Shown in pieces: positions 1 through 12,867 of a stretch of DNA of 64,000 nt. The notes under the pieces are model-generated. The model was not told the origin of the DNA. It worked only from the letters and a program-made list of their open reading frames with translations, and ran no database searches. Source of the stretch: Zancudomyces culisetae HAW-14-8 (lineage: Eukaryota; Fungi; Kickxellomycota); NCBI GenBank assembly GCA_052426225.1, contig JBNJNM010000008.1, forward strand, positions 496,001-560,000, in the 5' to 3' direction. The position numbers were made by a program, and so were the translations under genes. Within the stretch, counting starts at the first letter, position 1. Each line of letters opens with the position of its first letter.

Positions 1-582
1 ATAATCATTTTTTATGCGATTTTACCCTGGGCTAGTAAATAAAGATTACTTTGACCCAACATTTCAGGTATTAAGTTATACCAGCTAACCAATTTTCTAA
101 GATCTGTGCACCAACAAAGAATACTAGCCTTGTTTATTATTACTATCACATTAACATATTTGTGATCAGAGCCAGAAACACCTAATACATTCAAAAACAG
201 TTGTTAAACCTAATGGTAAATTAATAATAAAAAAAGTGAATTGAAACGGCGTAAAAAACGCATTCTCAAAAGAAAACGAATCTGATGCTCAAGGGGTCGA
301 TTTCAGTCCTGTTGTATCTGTCGTTAACATCGTCTTCATCACAAGTGGCACATTTCTGTAATATACTGCTTCCTACCGCCATCAATATATTTTACCAGTC
401 TGTATAATTCCTCTAGGTGCTCCCTCTCATGTATGTACACTGTCGTTCTTTATTGTGTACATTGAATTACATGCAAAATAAAAAGTCTAAACGATTCAAA
501 AAATAAGAAAATAAAAACAAAGAAATAAAGAAACAAACAAGATGTCAAGTTCTTGCATCACGCACTAAATTCGATTGTCATC

Positions 583-1529
583 TCATAATTCAGAGGACAT
601 TGTGTAATCATACTCGATAGTTGGCAGGACCGTGCTAATAAACTTCAAGAAAATAATAAGATATTGTTCAACACGAACCTCACGATCGCCCTCAATACTC
701 ATTTCAATAATTTTCTTCATTACATTTGCATGTTTGCACGGATGAATACTGGCCTGTTGAGTAGGTAAATGTGGATGAGGTTCGATAGTAACCGTCTTTT
801 TGGCATGTTCCTGGCTTATATCCTCAAAAATGTCTTTTGATGATAAAGGAATGTCGTCCTCATCATATCCACAGAGCCAAACCCGGGGCGTTTGATAGTA
901 TTTATCGTAGGTAATGCTTATATCATATGTACGCGTCCTCAAAATATTTGTATTTTGCTTTACACCTGCCTCTTCTCCATCGGATTCTATATTGCAGTAG
1001 TCTTCAATGTCTGGGATATCCTCGATGTTTTGTGATTCCTCTTCGATTTCGTCGATTTCTTCAATTTCGTTTGCGGCTTCTGGTACATGGTCTGCATAAG
1101 TCGAAATCCATTCTCCATCATTCTCCTCTTTTTCTGCGCCAATTTCCATCTGTTTGACCCGTCGAAGGCAAGGTACCTTTTTTGTTATCAAAAACTGCTT
1201 GTCTCTTGGCAGGTAATCCTTAGTTTTGCCCTTTACACCTGTTTCCCAATGCCAAGTCGGGCATTTGAAGACCAAGTAATCTCCTGCTGCTATAAACTAT
1301 ATTTGCCCATCCAAGAAGGGGAGCGTGGGGAGACGAATAAGAAAAAGGATTAGCGTTTAATACTATTTTTTCTTTAATTTCGTTTTGAAATACCGCTATA
1401 TAATACTCAAAAATTAGTAAAAATTACCTCTTCAGGAGTCAGAACTCCGGTTTCCTTGAATTTCGAGTTTTTGAGCAGCGGGTTAAAGTATTCTCTTACT
1501 CCATGAATAAGCGAATTCAGTGTGGTCAT
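583..1529 (-). CDS. ATG3: Autophagy E2-like conjugating enzyme Atg3; exons 1529-1428 and 1296-583
   Basis: Spliced translation MTTLNSLIHGVREYFNPLLKNSKFKETGVLTPEE|FIAAGDYLVFKCPTW; has RTYDISITYDKYYQTPRVWL, catalytic HPC motif and C-terminal FLKFISTVLPTIEYDYT; phase-0 GT-AG intron. Confidence 0.97.
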
Positions 1530-3229
1530 TGTCTTGTAAATTCAAAATCTATAGAATATACGAATATGTGTTTTTTATAAATATATATTATGTGCAACTA
1601 TAATAGTTTTCTCTTTTTGGATATTTTTTTAAAAGGCAAGTTTTAGTGTTACTCAAAAAAGTGAATTCAATAATCGTCATTATAAATTCTCAATTTATAT
1701 TCGCTCTTAATATACACATTTTTTAATGCTACGTTTGTTCTGGATATGGAAAAGTTAATTGGAGATAATAAAGTTTGAGATGAGGGACCCCCATCTTCAC
1801 CTATCCACAAATAAATAATTTCCCACATATATGTGTGTTTTCAATCTTTTGATAATTAAAACGTATCAGGTGATAATGCTGTTCAAGAAAAGACCAATAA
1901 CTGTGGTTATTTTATGTTGGAACGGCCATATGAACACAAGATGAGCTATCATTTCCGAAGGGCTGAAAGGGATCCAGGGCAGACCTGGGTGTGAGACAAT
2001 GTGTTATGTTGCTATGAACGTGTGGTATGAGGTGTTTTATAAAGTTAAATCCACACTACAATTACAAAATCAATATATCACGCATGACACCAAAGACTCC
2101 AGATACCTGAGGTGTTATGTTATGAAGTGGGCTGAAACAGCGTGTCTTTGTAATGACTGTTTTTATCTTTTATCTTTTATTTCTTGTGCATTTTCAACTC
2201 TGTACAGTAGTGGGTAAATATGTAGTTGGGTTTTCTTTTTATTTTCTATCCAGTATAGTTCTGGATTTTTTAATAAAATACTACAGTTAATTGTATGAAG
2301 TGTATTGTGAAAAGTAAAAATAATGGAGAATAACAACAAAATTGACTTTTTAACGACTATTCACGAGCCTTTTCTTCTAGGCTGTATAAAGGGTAAAAAG
2401 ATATATAAATAATGTATTACTGAACTCCCTCTTCCTCTCCCCTTTCTTTGCTTTACCTCCCAAATCTTAATATTTCCACTTTTTTTTTCTGTTTGGATAT
2501 GGACCAACAGATTGTTGGAGATATTATAACTAACATAGCAATTGCTGTAAATCTACTTGTCTGGTCGATATAATTAGATGAACATTCTCTTCTTTATAAC
2601 TATATGATGACAACTTTTATTTTTTAAGAGAAGGCGATAGTTTTCATATTTCAATACAGGGTTTATTAATGATAAAACCGAGTTTTTTGTGCAGTGCATT
2701 GTTATTGGGTTTTGAGTTTCAGGTTAGTGCTTATATTGCTATGATGATGGTGGTGGTATTGATGTGTGAAGGTGGAAGTTGGTGTTGTATACTTTTACGA
2801 ATCGGAGTTTTTTTTTTCTCCTTTTTTTTCTATTTTTGAACAAAAATGATGAGATGTGTCAAAAGTATTATGGTAACCTCGCAAACAAAAAAAAATGAAA
2901 AAAAAATGCTGTGGAGATTGATTCTTCCACAAAGACAATGGAACAAATCTACAAGGATTGGTCTTTGTTTAAAGAAAGCTCAATCACTAATGTATAACCC
3001 AATTTCAGTGCCTAAAACAATTAATATTTTTTGTATATTGTATTGGGGTTTGGAATTTGAAATTGGTAAGTACTTTTAACAATACTCTATGTCTGTAAGA
3101 CAAATAAAAAGACAAAAATTTTGAGTAATATATATTTCCAAACACATATACGCATAGCACAGAAAAATAAAATAATAAACACTAAAAATAAACAACAGGA
3201 ACGGGGGATATAAAACAAAAATAAAAAAG

Positions 3230-6200
3230 ATGAGAGCTGGATATGGGCGATTGAAGGGGCTGGGTATTCTTCTGACGGGAATGCTTGGGTTTGGCATGGC
3301 TACAGGAGATACCAGCCCGGTTAAAGCGCTTATTCGGGGAGATTTTGAAGCACCCGATTTCTTTTTGGAGCTTGCAGAGGTTATCCACTCCAGAGATGCA
3401 AAAGGATTTTTCAAATTTGTAGAGTATCTTGCCGAAAATAAGGAGGTATTTGCCGAAACAGACGAAAAAAAATACGAAATAGGGAAAAAATGGATAACAC
3501 AAGAAATGAAAAGCGAATATGGAAACAGCGAAAGGGGAAAGGATTTTTTGCTTGGGGTGGTAGACCTGGAGTTAGGTTTACACAGCAAGGTTCCAAAGGT
3601 AGTGGCGCAGTACAACTTTTATGATGCGGTAGTTGCAAAAAAAGAAGGGAGTAAGGCATGCAGCGTGTTTGTGGAATGGAATGGAAAACAAGGGTGTACT
3701 GTGGAAGAATTGGAGAAGATAGTGGAAGTAGACACATTTTACGGAGACACTTACCGAGACAATACGGGTAATGTAGAGGTTATACATTCATTTGACCACA
3801 TGTACGAACCTGAAAAAACAAGTAGCGAAAAGGACAATAAGGACACAGAAGAAACAGAAAATGAGGAAGAAGAAGAGCAGGATGAGAAAAAGGAACCTAT
3901 AAAAAATGTCGGAATACTGTATGGGGATCCTAGAAGCGATGGATTTATGCAATTACACAAGTTTATGAAGTATAAGGCAGATCAAGGGGATGCTGAGTAT
4001 AGGATAAGATTTACTAAAAAAGAGAATGGAGAAAAAGGGAAAAATATGATTTTGAGTGGGTATAGGGTAGAGTTAGCGTTAAAAAGCACAGAATATAGAG
4101 TAGTTGATGATACGGGGCTGTTTTCTTCAAAAGAGTTGAGGGAGCAAGAGGGAAAAGAGGATGAGTGGATAGGTGAGCGAGTGAACATAGGACCGAGAGC
4201 GCAAGACCGTAGTGCCGAGCTGAGACAGGCAGACAAGAAACCTATTGTTAAGGAGAGAACAGGAAAGATGGAACCTGCATCTATGAAAGCAGCACAAATG
4301 GTATTGGAGGCAGAAGAGCCACTGAATATGCTGGAATGGCTGGCAACAGATTATCCAAAGTATAGCCACGTGATGATGGAATACAAGAACAGTAGTGTTT
4401 TGGAAAAACTGAACGAGTACAGAAGTGGGGCGAACCAAAACGTGAATATGATAACTATGAATGGATTGCGGTTGGGAGAGGTGGATTTAGAACCATTCAA
4501 GATAGTGGAGGGTATTGAGCGGGAAAGGAAGGCTATAAAACGACTTGAGGAGTTTGGGTTGAGTACAGAAGATGCTGTGAACTATATTTCAGAAGGAAGA
4601 GAAAAACTGGGAGCAGAGGGCAGCAAGGAGTTATACGATACAAGAGAGAAGGAAAAAGTGGTAATATGGTTGAATGATTTGACAAAGGATAAACGGTATG
4701 CGGAGTGGGATTCAGGGTTGAGATCGATGTTTGGAAGTCGGAGTGCAGGTGAATTACCAAAATTGAAGATGAATATAATAAACGTGGTAGTTGGAGTGGA
4801 TATAGGCAGTGTTGAAGGGCTACAGTTAGTGATCGGAACCATAGTTAATGCAATTAAAGAGGAGTATCCAATTAGGTTTGGAATAGTACCTCTACAAACA
4901 GCAGCTAACACAGAGGGAACAGAAAAGATGGTACGGATGTTCTATAAGGTATATCGAAAGAAGGGAATCAAGAAAGTGATTGAGTATTTGACAAATATAC
5001 ATAAAAGAGCGAACAAGAATGGTAAGGATATTGAGAAAATCGCGGAGGAGGAGTTTAATAAATTGGGAATTGATGGGGAGGTTAAAAATCTGGAAAAGAT
5101 TTTTACAGGGTGGAAAAACTATGTAGAGAGATTGGAGCTGGTAAAGGAGGCAAGTAAGAGTGGGGTGGAAATAACATTTTGTAATGGAGAGATTGTCAGC
5201 TACAACAAACGATATATCAATACTATGCTGAAAGCATACCAGCGGGCGGTTATGGATATAGCCAAGATGTTGTTGTTTGGAAAAATGTCATTTGAAGAAA
5301 CAGATATATACTCAGCAATGTTGGAGTTGCGAGGACGAGAGTTGGTACAAGACAAGAGTAGCTTGATAATTGCAGACGATGACGAGCGTGAATTCAAGAT
5401 GGTACAAACAGAAAAACTTGATGAAGGGTGGATGAAGGATATAAAATACATAACTAACGCAAACAGCAGTGTCGTTAATAGCAACACAGTTACAATTTGG
5501 ATGAGAGCGGATTTGGATGATGTGAAAAGCAAAAAAGCAGTGGCTGGTGTATTGGAAACAATGGTCAATAAAGTCAAAAAGATTGATATAAGACTGGGAT
5601 TGTTTTTGGAGGGAACAAAACAGATTAAGTATACAGGAAAGGGGGGATTGATCGAGTTGTATTACTTGTATAAGAGCATCAATAATGAATCACAAACTGT
5701 TGACGCACAAGAGATAGTCGAGTTGGCTAAAAAGACATCCAAAGTAAACTTGAAAGTTGAAGATGTGCAGGCATATATAGAAAAACTGAGTAAAGCACAA
5801 GATAATCAGAAGAATAAGGCAGAGGAACTCAACCTAGTTTTGGACAAGTCGCAAACTGAACCTGGTACTGTACTAGTGATAGGAGGAAAAATATACCCTA
5901 CAATTAACAAGAAAGTCAATGTTAATACAAAAATTATTAGAGCTATAATTGAAAAGGAGTTTGAAGACAACCATGAAGGAATCGAGATGGGAGATACATT
6001 AAAGCAAGACAACGCAGATAAGTTTATCAAATGTAATGTGGTTTATTTAGAGACGATGAGGCAACATAAATCACAAGGGCTTTTCCAAAATTCATGGAAA
6101 CATACACGGTCAAACATTGAACTCCTAATTAAGAACCCAGAAAAGTTCACCAAAATAACCAAAGGTAAAAACGATTATTTTGTTGAGTTTAAAGCTATAA

Positions 6201-7819
6201 TAGATCCGGTTTCTGAGGAAGCTATCACTTGGGCGCCACTCTTGAGAATTCTAAGCGCAATGACTGGCGTTAAAGTAACGGTATTCATTGAACCATCGGC
6301 GGATAAAATGCAGGATGATGGCGAGGGGACGATTAAAAAATTTAGCAGAATAGTTATGAACCACAAGCCGGTGTTTTATAAGGGAGAACGACAGGAGCCA
6401 ATTGGGGAGTTTGAAAACTTGCCAAGACAGACGTTGCTTACTTTGGATTTGAAGGTTCCAAGCAGCTGGATGGTCAGTGCCTCGAAATCTGAGTATGATT
6501 TGGACAACATTGTGATCACTGACAACAATGATCATATTGCTGCTGAATACCGACTCAACAAGATACTGCTTGAGGGACATGCCGCAACCACCGATGGCGT
6601 ATCGCCAGCTGGAATCCAGCTGAATTTATCACAGCTTCGAACCAAAAATAGCACTGTGGTTAGCGACACTGCAATCATGGCCAATTTGGGTTATTTCCAA
6701 CTGCAGTCTGAGTTTGGCGCGTATTTCTTGAATATAAACAAGCAGCAAACTGTCGATGATGTCTACCGTATTGAAAATATCAAACACGATGACTTTAATG
6801 CCGCAAGTTCCGATTCGAATATTATCGTAATTGACTCATTCAACGGAAAAACCATTTTCCCAGTCTTTAGTAAAGAAGATTCGGGCAATTTGGGCAGGAG
6901 AACTGCTCAAAAGGCTGTCAAATACCTTATGGACTACATCCCACGCTTCGGTGGCGGCTTGACCAAGTCCAAGAAATCTCTCAACATCTTTGCAGTTGCC
7001 AGCGGCCATTTGTATGAGCGATTGATGAGTATCATGATAACAAGTGTCATGAAACAGACCCAGTCCCACGTGACTTTCTGGTTGATTGATAACTTTATGT
7101 CCCCAAAATTCAAAAACGTCTTTTTGCCTATTTTATCAGCCAAACTTGGCTTTGAGTATCGGCTGATTTCTTACAAGTGGCCATACTGGCTCAACAAAGA
7201 AACTGTTAAACAGCGGACAATTTGGGGTTACAAAATCCTGTTTCTTGATGTGTTATTCCCTATGGATTTGGAACGTGTGATCTTTGTTGACGCTGACCAA
7301 ATTGTTCGTACTGATCTGCAACAGCTTTATGATATGAACATCAACGGTGCTCCGTATGCATATGTTCCTTTCTGTAATGATAGACCTGAAATCGAAGGGT
7401 TTAGATTCTGGAATCATGGATACTGGAAGGACCATTTGCGCGGCAAACCTTATCACATTTCCGCTCTTTATTTGGTTGACCTTACTGTGTTCCGTAAATT
7501 ACTTGCTGGTGATAAGCTTCGTGCCCAATACCAGCAATTATCTGTTGACAAAAACTCTTTATCTAATCTCGATCAAGATCTGCCAAACAACATGCAACAT
7601 TTGGTTCCTATCTTTTCGCTTCCTCCTGAATGGCTATGGTGCGAAACTTGGTGTTCTTCCAAAACCTTTAAAAACGCAAAGACGATTGATTTGTGTAATA
7701 ACCCCATGACTAAGGAAAAGAAACTTGATGTGGCTAGACGGTTATTGCCTGAATGGACTCAGTATGATAACTACATTCATTCCGTTTTGAATAAGGCCCC
7801 TGTTAAGGATGAACTTTGA
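3230..7819 (+). CDS. UGGT: UDP-glucose:glycoprotein glucosyltransferase, 1529 aa, intronless
   Basis: Signal peptide; GYRVELALKSTEY motif; C-terminal GT24 domain (IFAVASGHLYER, WGYKILFLDVLFP, FVDADQ, DQDLPN, WCETWC, KTIDLCNNP); ends in KDEL. Confidence 0.98.
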   Translation: MRAGYGRLKGLGILLTGMLGFGMATGDTSPVKALIRGDFEAPDFFLELAEVIHSRDAKGFFKFVEYLAENKEVFAETDEKKYEIGKKWITQEMKSEYGNSERGKDFLLGVVDLELGLHSKVPKVVAQYNFYDAVVAKKEGSKACSVFVEWNGKQGCTVEELEKIVEVDTFYGDTYRDNTGNVEVIHSFDHMYEPEKTSSEKDNKDTEETENEEEEEQDEKKEPIKNVGILYGDPRSDGFMQLHKFMKYKADQGDAEYRIRFTKKENGEKGKNMILSGYRVELALKSTEYRVVDDTGLFSSKELREQEGKEDEWIGERVNIGPRAQDRSAELRQADKKPIVKERTGKMEPASMKAAQMVLEAEEPLNMLEWLATDYPKYSHVMMEYKNSSVLEKLNEYRSGANQNVNMITMNGLRLGEVDLEPFKIVEGIERERKAIKRLEEFGLSTEDAVNYISEGREKLGAEGSKELYDTREKEKVVIWLNDLTKDKRYAEWDSGLRSMFGSRSAGELPKLKMNIINVVVGVDIGSVEGLQLVIGTIVNAIKEEYPIRFGIVPLQTAANTEGTEKMVRMFYKVYRKKGIKKVIEYLTNIHKRANKNGKDIEKIAEEEFNKLGIDGEVKNLEKIFTGWKNYVERLELVKEASKSGVEITFCNGEIVSYNKRYINTMLKAYQRAVMDIAKMLLFGKMSFEETDIYSAMLELRGRELVQDKSSLIIADDDEREFKMVQTEKLDEGWMKDIKYITNANSSVVNSNTVTIWMRADLDDVKSKKAVAGVLETMVNKVKKIDIRLGLFLEGTKQIKYTGKGGLIELYYLYKSINNESQTVDAQEIVELAKKTSKVNLKVEDVQAYIEKLSKAQDNQKNKAEELNLVLDKSQTEPGTVLVIGGKIYPTINKKVNVNTKIIRAIIEKEFEDNHEGIEMGDTLKQDNADKFIKCNVVYLETMRQHKSQGLFQNSWKHTRSNIELLIKNPEKFTKITKGKNDYFVEFKAIIDPVSEEAITWAPLLRILSAMTGVKVTVFIEPSADKMQDDGEGTIKKFSRIVMNHKPVFYKGERQEPIGEFENLPRQTLLTLDLKVPSSWMVSASKSEYDLDNIVITDNNDHIAAEYRLNKILLEGHAATTDGVSPAGIQLNLSQLRTKNSTVVSDTAIMANLGYFQLQSEFGAYFLNINKQQTVDDVYRIENIKHDDFNAASSDSNIIVIDSFNGKTIFPVFSKEDSGNLGRRTAQKAVKYLMDYIPRFGGGLTKSKKSLNIFAVASGHLYERLMSIMITSVMKQTQSHVTFWLIDNFMSPKFKNVFLPILSAKLGFEYRLISYKWPYWLNKETVKQRTIWGYKILFLDVLFPMDLERVIFVDADQIVRTDLQQLYDMNINGAPYAYVPFCNDRPEIEGFRFWNHGYWKDHLRGKPYHISALYLVDLTVFRKLLAGDKLRAQYQQLSVDKNSLSNLDQDLPNNMQHLVPIFSLPPEWLWCETWCSSKTFKNAKTIDLCNNPMTKEKKLDVARRLLPEWTQYDNYIHSVLNKAPVKDEL

Positions 7820-8125
7820 GTTTATCTTTTTCTACTCGGTTCCTTTTTATTTGTTTTTTATTTGTTTAATTGCTTTAATACTTCAGATACATTTTCAACC
7901 ACTAATAAAATTAAATCAAATCAAAGAGTTAAATGGAAAGCATAGTTGCACTTCGAGTCCGTTGATAAGCTACAAAACTATGCTGGTTGTAATTCAAAAA
8001 ATTATATTAATAATAGGTAAATGCCAATACTTTTACCTTTCCTCTTTTCATTCATTATTATGCAACACCCCAACCCTTCATAACAACAAAAGCAACCACA
8101 AATTCAACACAAAAATATAATAAAA

Positions 8126-8699
8126 ATGAATAGGTTCAGGTCAATATTTAGTAACATTAATAGACAACAAGGTGGGTTTTTAAACACTGCCACAAGGTCC
8201 ACCAGGACAAATAAACACAGCACTAATACGATTTGGAAACCGAAAAAAGCCTCTTCTCATAATTACTATTCAACAAATTCCAAGGGAAAAGTAAAGTCCA
8301 TTCATAATGTAGATGAATCGGTTGTTGATATCGAACACAGACGAAAACTATATTCGTTGAAAACCTTCTCTCTAGCTTTAGTCCCTATAATAACATTTGG
8401 GTTGGGATATTGGCAGTACAAGAGGTTGGGCTGGAAACAGGATTTGCTTGACTTTGTCAATGGAAGAATCCACAAACCACCTGTTGTTTTCACTGGAACT
8501 GAGGGGGTTAGCTCTACTGATATAGAGTATTTGAAATTCAGAATGTTTGGTACTTTTGATCACCAAAATGAAATGAGAGTAGGACCGATTACCAAAGATG
8601 GAACCCTTGGTTTCAATATTATCACCCCATTTATTTTGGATTCTGATGGGTAAGTTATTACAACTACTCTTTTGTTTTATTATTAATTTGATTATATTG

Positions 8700-8731
<32 letters not shown>

Positions 8732-9454
8732 GTTCAAGAGTACTAGTTCTTCGAGGTTTTGTTGATAATAACCATGCTGATCAGTCGAAACGACCAGATT
8801 CTTTGAGCACTGAAAAAGTTGAACTCCTTGTAATGGGACGAAAAGGCCAAAGAGTAAGTTGATCTAGCACGGATATGTATATATATATGTATATGTATAT
8901 ATATTTGGCAAACCCATATTACATTTATCAAATCTTATGTTTAACCCTCCATTAACCTTTTCTCATTTTTTATAGTATAACAAATTTACACCAGAATCAA
9001 ACCCACAAAGCAATGAATGGTTCATATTAGATACAGATTTGATGGCAAAGACCAGCGGATCGATCCCATTACTGTTTGAGACTTTACATGGTATGTAGTT
9101 CTCTATACTTTTACCGATTTGTTTCTCTTTTTTCTTTTGATGTTATTCTTTAAAAGCCAATTAAAGGGTTGAAACACCCATATCATTTTCATTTTCATTT
9201 TCATTTTCATTTTTAACTACATCACTGTTTGTATAGATAACAAGAAGGAAAAGCTGCTAAACTCCACAAAGTACTTGAAAGAAGGTATCCCAATACCCTC
9301 ACAAGTTTCCACGCTTTTGAATATTCCAAACGATCATGCTCAGTACATGTTTACTTGGTTTGGACTTTGTCTGGCATCCTCCATTATGTTTTATCTGAAT
9401 ATCCGTAAACCCCAGAAATCTGCTGCTCAAAAGCGTATCGCGTTTAGAAGATAG
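8126..9454 (+). CDS. SHY1: SURF1/Shy1 cytochrome c oxidase assembly factor; exons 8126-8649, 8733-8853, 8976-9090, 9237-9454
   Basis: TFGLGYWQYKRLGWK, RVLVLRGFV, NKFTPESNPQSNEWF and IPNDHAQYMFTWFGL motifs; phase-consistent GT-AG introns; basic N-terminal presequence. Confidence 0.95.
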
Positions 9455-9813
9455 TTTGTTTTTTGTCTTTTTTTTTAGTTTTTACTATTATTAGTTTTTC
9501 ATCCATCTTGTCTCTTTAACTCTTTTTTTTTTGCTTATCCTGCTTTCCTTGTGTATTGGTATTATACTCAATATTTAATTTATTATTTTGTTTTTTCTTT
9601 TGGAACAGTACTAACCAAAATCATTCGCAAAAATTTGGTTTTTAAGGATTTGGCTTGTTTCAAACTGTAAATTAAATATCGATGATCATCAATTTTATAT
9701 TTATTTATCTTTTTGGTTTTATATTATCTTGTTCTTGTAAAACTGAGTAAATTTTTGTTTTAATCACCAACGACAGAAAAAATATATCGGAATCGGCCTT
9801 AAATGTATAAATA

Positions 9814-11676
9814 ATGTCACTGTGTAACAGACGAGCATTTGTACGGAAATTTGCAAATTTAATCACCCCAACCAACGGCGCTTTTTCCAGGTACTCAACA
9901 CTAAGAATATGTTCCACAACAGAAAACAATATTCACACCGGCTATTTGACAACCAGTTCAAATTCTAATTTTGATTCCAATTCCATCTTGTTTACTCCCA
10001 AAAGGTATATCCGACATAAAGCAAACAGGAAAAGTGGCCCCCAACACTATCGATTTGGCAACTACTCACGGATCATACCAACCTCTCTAAATCTAAACAG
10101 CAAACCTACTCCTCAAGACCCATCTCTTGAACTTGTTCCATCACATATCGGAAGACCAGTGTATTCACGTACTGGTATTCCCTCAACCGATTTCAACACC
10201 TCCTTTGCTGACACTTTTGCACCACTTTCGGAATCAGATTTGCTCAAACTAAAACACAGTTGTAAACTAGCTGCTGATACATTACGATACTCTGGCACGT
10301 TGGTGAAGGTATAAAATCATTTTTTTTCTTTCCCTTTTTTCTCCACTCTATCTCTTCCTTCTCCATAGTTAAAAAATATTGTTTAAGATGGTTGTGAGTT
10401 TCTACAAACTCCCTCCAAACCTTTTATAATTCATTACACCCCAATAACAACCACACTGTTTAATCATGCTTAATATTAACATAACTACTACATATAGGAG
10501 GGTGTTACTACTTTGGAAATTGACACATTGGTTCGTAAATTCATTATAGAAAACGAAGCCTACCCATCGCCTTTGAATTATTATGGATTTCCCAAATCCA
10601 TTTGCACCAGTATCAACAATATTGTTGCTCATGGAATTCCAGACAAGTAAAAATCTATGATTATATGCAATATTTTGAACAACAATCGATTGTTTTTACT
10701 TTGTTTTTCCCATTCTCTTCCCTCCTATCCTATTGAAAAAAAAAGAACTAAAATCAAAACCAAAATAGACGAAAACTGATGGATGGAGATATTATTAACA
10801 TTGACATTTCGGTAAGATAATCTTTCATTTGGATTGCAAAATATACAATATTCTCAGCACATAAAGATTTAAAAGAAAGAACTTTGGGTGCCAATGTATC
10901 TCAATGAACCATATGCCAATGTTGATACATTACAATTTAGCTAACTTCACCCCCCCCCTTTCTCTCTCTACCTCTCTGCTAATATACTATAACTCTTAAT
11001 TCAATTCAATTTTATATTTTAATTAGGTATATTGCAACGGCTTCCATGGTGATACTTCGGCAACTTTTTGTGTTGGAAACGTAGATCAACAGGGTTTGGC
11101 ACTTGTTGAAGCCACAAAGAAAGCGCTCGATATCGGCATGAATGTTTGCGGACCCGAAGTAGAGCTTAGACAAATTGGTAACTCAATAGAGTAAGTATTT
11201 TTAATATCGCTAGTAGTTTTTTTTTTTTTTTGCAAAACATTTTATGTTGTAATAATTTAAACTTGTAGAAACTATGCAAATGAAGCTGGATACTCAGTCA
11301 ATGACCAATACACTGGACATGGAATTGGAAAGGAGTTCCACCAAAACCCACTGATTTATCATTTTAGTAAGCGCTAACCAAAATCTTCTTTTTTCTCACA
11401 AGATTTTTCATGTTCTTGGTATTTGGGATATATTGATTTTGTACATATTGATCAAAAGGATTAATATATATTATTTTTATTTTAGAAAATGACGAACCTG
11501 GCGTAATGAAAGAGGGAATGGTATTTACTATTGAGCCAATGTTGAACCAGGGCACCAAGGAATGCATAATATTTCCTGATGGCTGGACTATTTCTACATG
11601 TGATGGTTCCAGATCTGCGCAGTTTGAGCATACCATTATAATAACTAGTAACGGTTATGAGATCCTTACAGTCTAG
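9814..11676 (+). CDS. METAP1D: Type I methionine aminopeptidase, probably mitochondrial MAP1D-like; exons 9814-10308, 10498-10646, 10769-10811, 11027-11190, 11269-11366, 11486-11676
   Basis: [64 protein letters not shown]; Arg-rich presequence and no N-terminal zinc finger. Confidence 0.92.
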
Positions 11677-12020
11677 AATGCGGTGATATTTACAAGCATG
11701 GGTTGTTTTCTGGAGAAACAGAAGGAGTGAGAAATAGAGAGAATGTATGAGTAGGCTAATTTAAAGCACCTGTTTATAGATCCTCTTATCGCTATTTGGA
11801 TTTGTCGCTTTTTTAATATCTAGTAAATTAATGCAATTAATTATACTTCCCAGTATGCAAATAGAAAATTGCAATAGACCAATACAGACTAGCTATTTCC
11901 ATATAACATTTGTTTTTATTTACTCGAAATTCGTATTCCAAAAAAAGTTAAATACACAAAAACTACCATTTATACCTTTAATATTTTCAATTCAAGCCCA
12001 TTCTTTAACATTAACACAAA

Positions 12021-12697
12021 ATGGAAGACCTCACTATTGCGAACCTTGATAATATCGACTATGAATACTTGGAATATTTGAAAATCTTGAGCCAATATGT
12101 AGAAACATCAAGGCGTTTGGAAGACAAGCTAAAAAAGGTAATTTGCTTTTTCATTGTTATTTTTTCTTGATTGTTATAGTACACATAGTAAATATTATTC
12201 ACAAAGTTGTACTAATTTTGGCAAAATAGTCGTTTATGAATTTGTCCAGTGCGAGATCTATCGTCGGTCACAAGAACATTTCACCCGATCAATATGACAT
12301 GCGGATCAAAGCCTTGACTTGTGTAGATATTGGCGACTCGAATACCATACTCCTTAAATCTGAACTGCCAAAAATTAACAAGACATTTGGAGGCAGTACA
12401 ATACATCAGAAAGGCAGTGATGATTCTACAAAAGTGAGAAATGAACTAAACGGACAAGCTCAGACTTTAAGGAACAGAAAAAACAAAAAGGATACACAAC
12501 CCGAAGCCGAAAAGAAAAAAGTCACAGATCCAATAACCATGTTTGGGCTGCTGCCACCAAAGCCCTTAAAGGATTCCCAGGCTGTATTTCAATCAAGTTT
12601 AGAAGAGATAATTGAATTAGCAAATTTACAAGTAAAGTTAATGGAAAAACGCGAATATGTCACCGAGTTAAAACAAAAACTTAAGAATCTACCATAA
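12021..12697 (+). CDS. VMA22: V-ATPase assembly factor Vma22/CCDC115; exons 12021-12137 and 12230-12697
   Basis: N-terminal helix, SFMNLSSAR, QYDMRIKA and the hallmark DPITMFGLLPPKPLKDSQ followed by a coiled coil. Confidence 0.88.
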
Positions 12698-12867
12698 TTA
12701 AAATCTATATGGCAAAAAAACATGAATTATTAACGTGAGCCTATGGCTTTCCTGCGGTCAATTCTGCGCTGTATTATGTACATAAAGGACAGATCCCTGT
12801 TGTCTGGATAAACACCTTGAGGATATATATAAATGTACCCCTAGTCTATTAGGTTTTTTTTTGAGGG

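Noticed and set aside
280-345. Minus-strand GTGATGA...CTGA with a segment nearly complementary to the U2 snRNA branch-recognition region (possible C/D guide RNA)
   Set aside because: No terminal box D or stem, and pairing breaks next to the box where a guide must pair
12-450. Short minus-strand ORFs and an acceptor-like TTACCATTAG near 210
   Set aside because: No phase-consistent gene model or recognisable protein could be built
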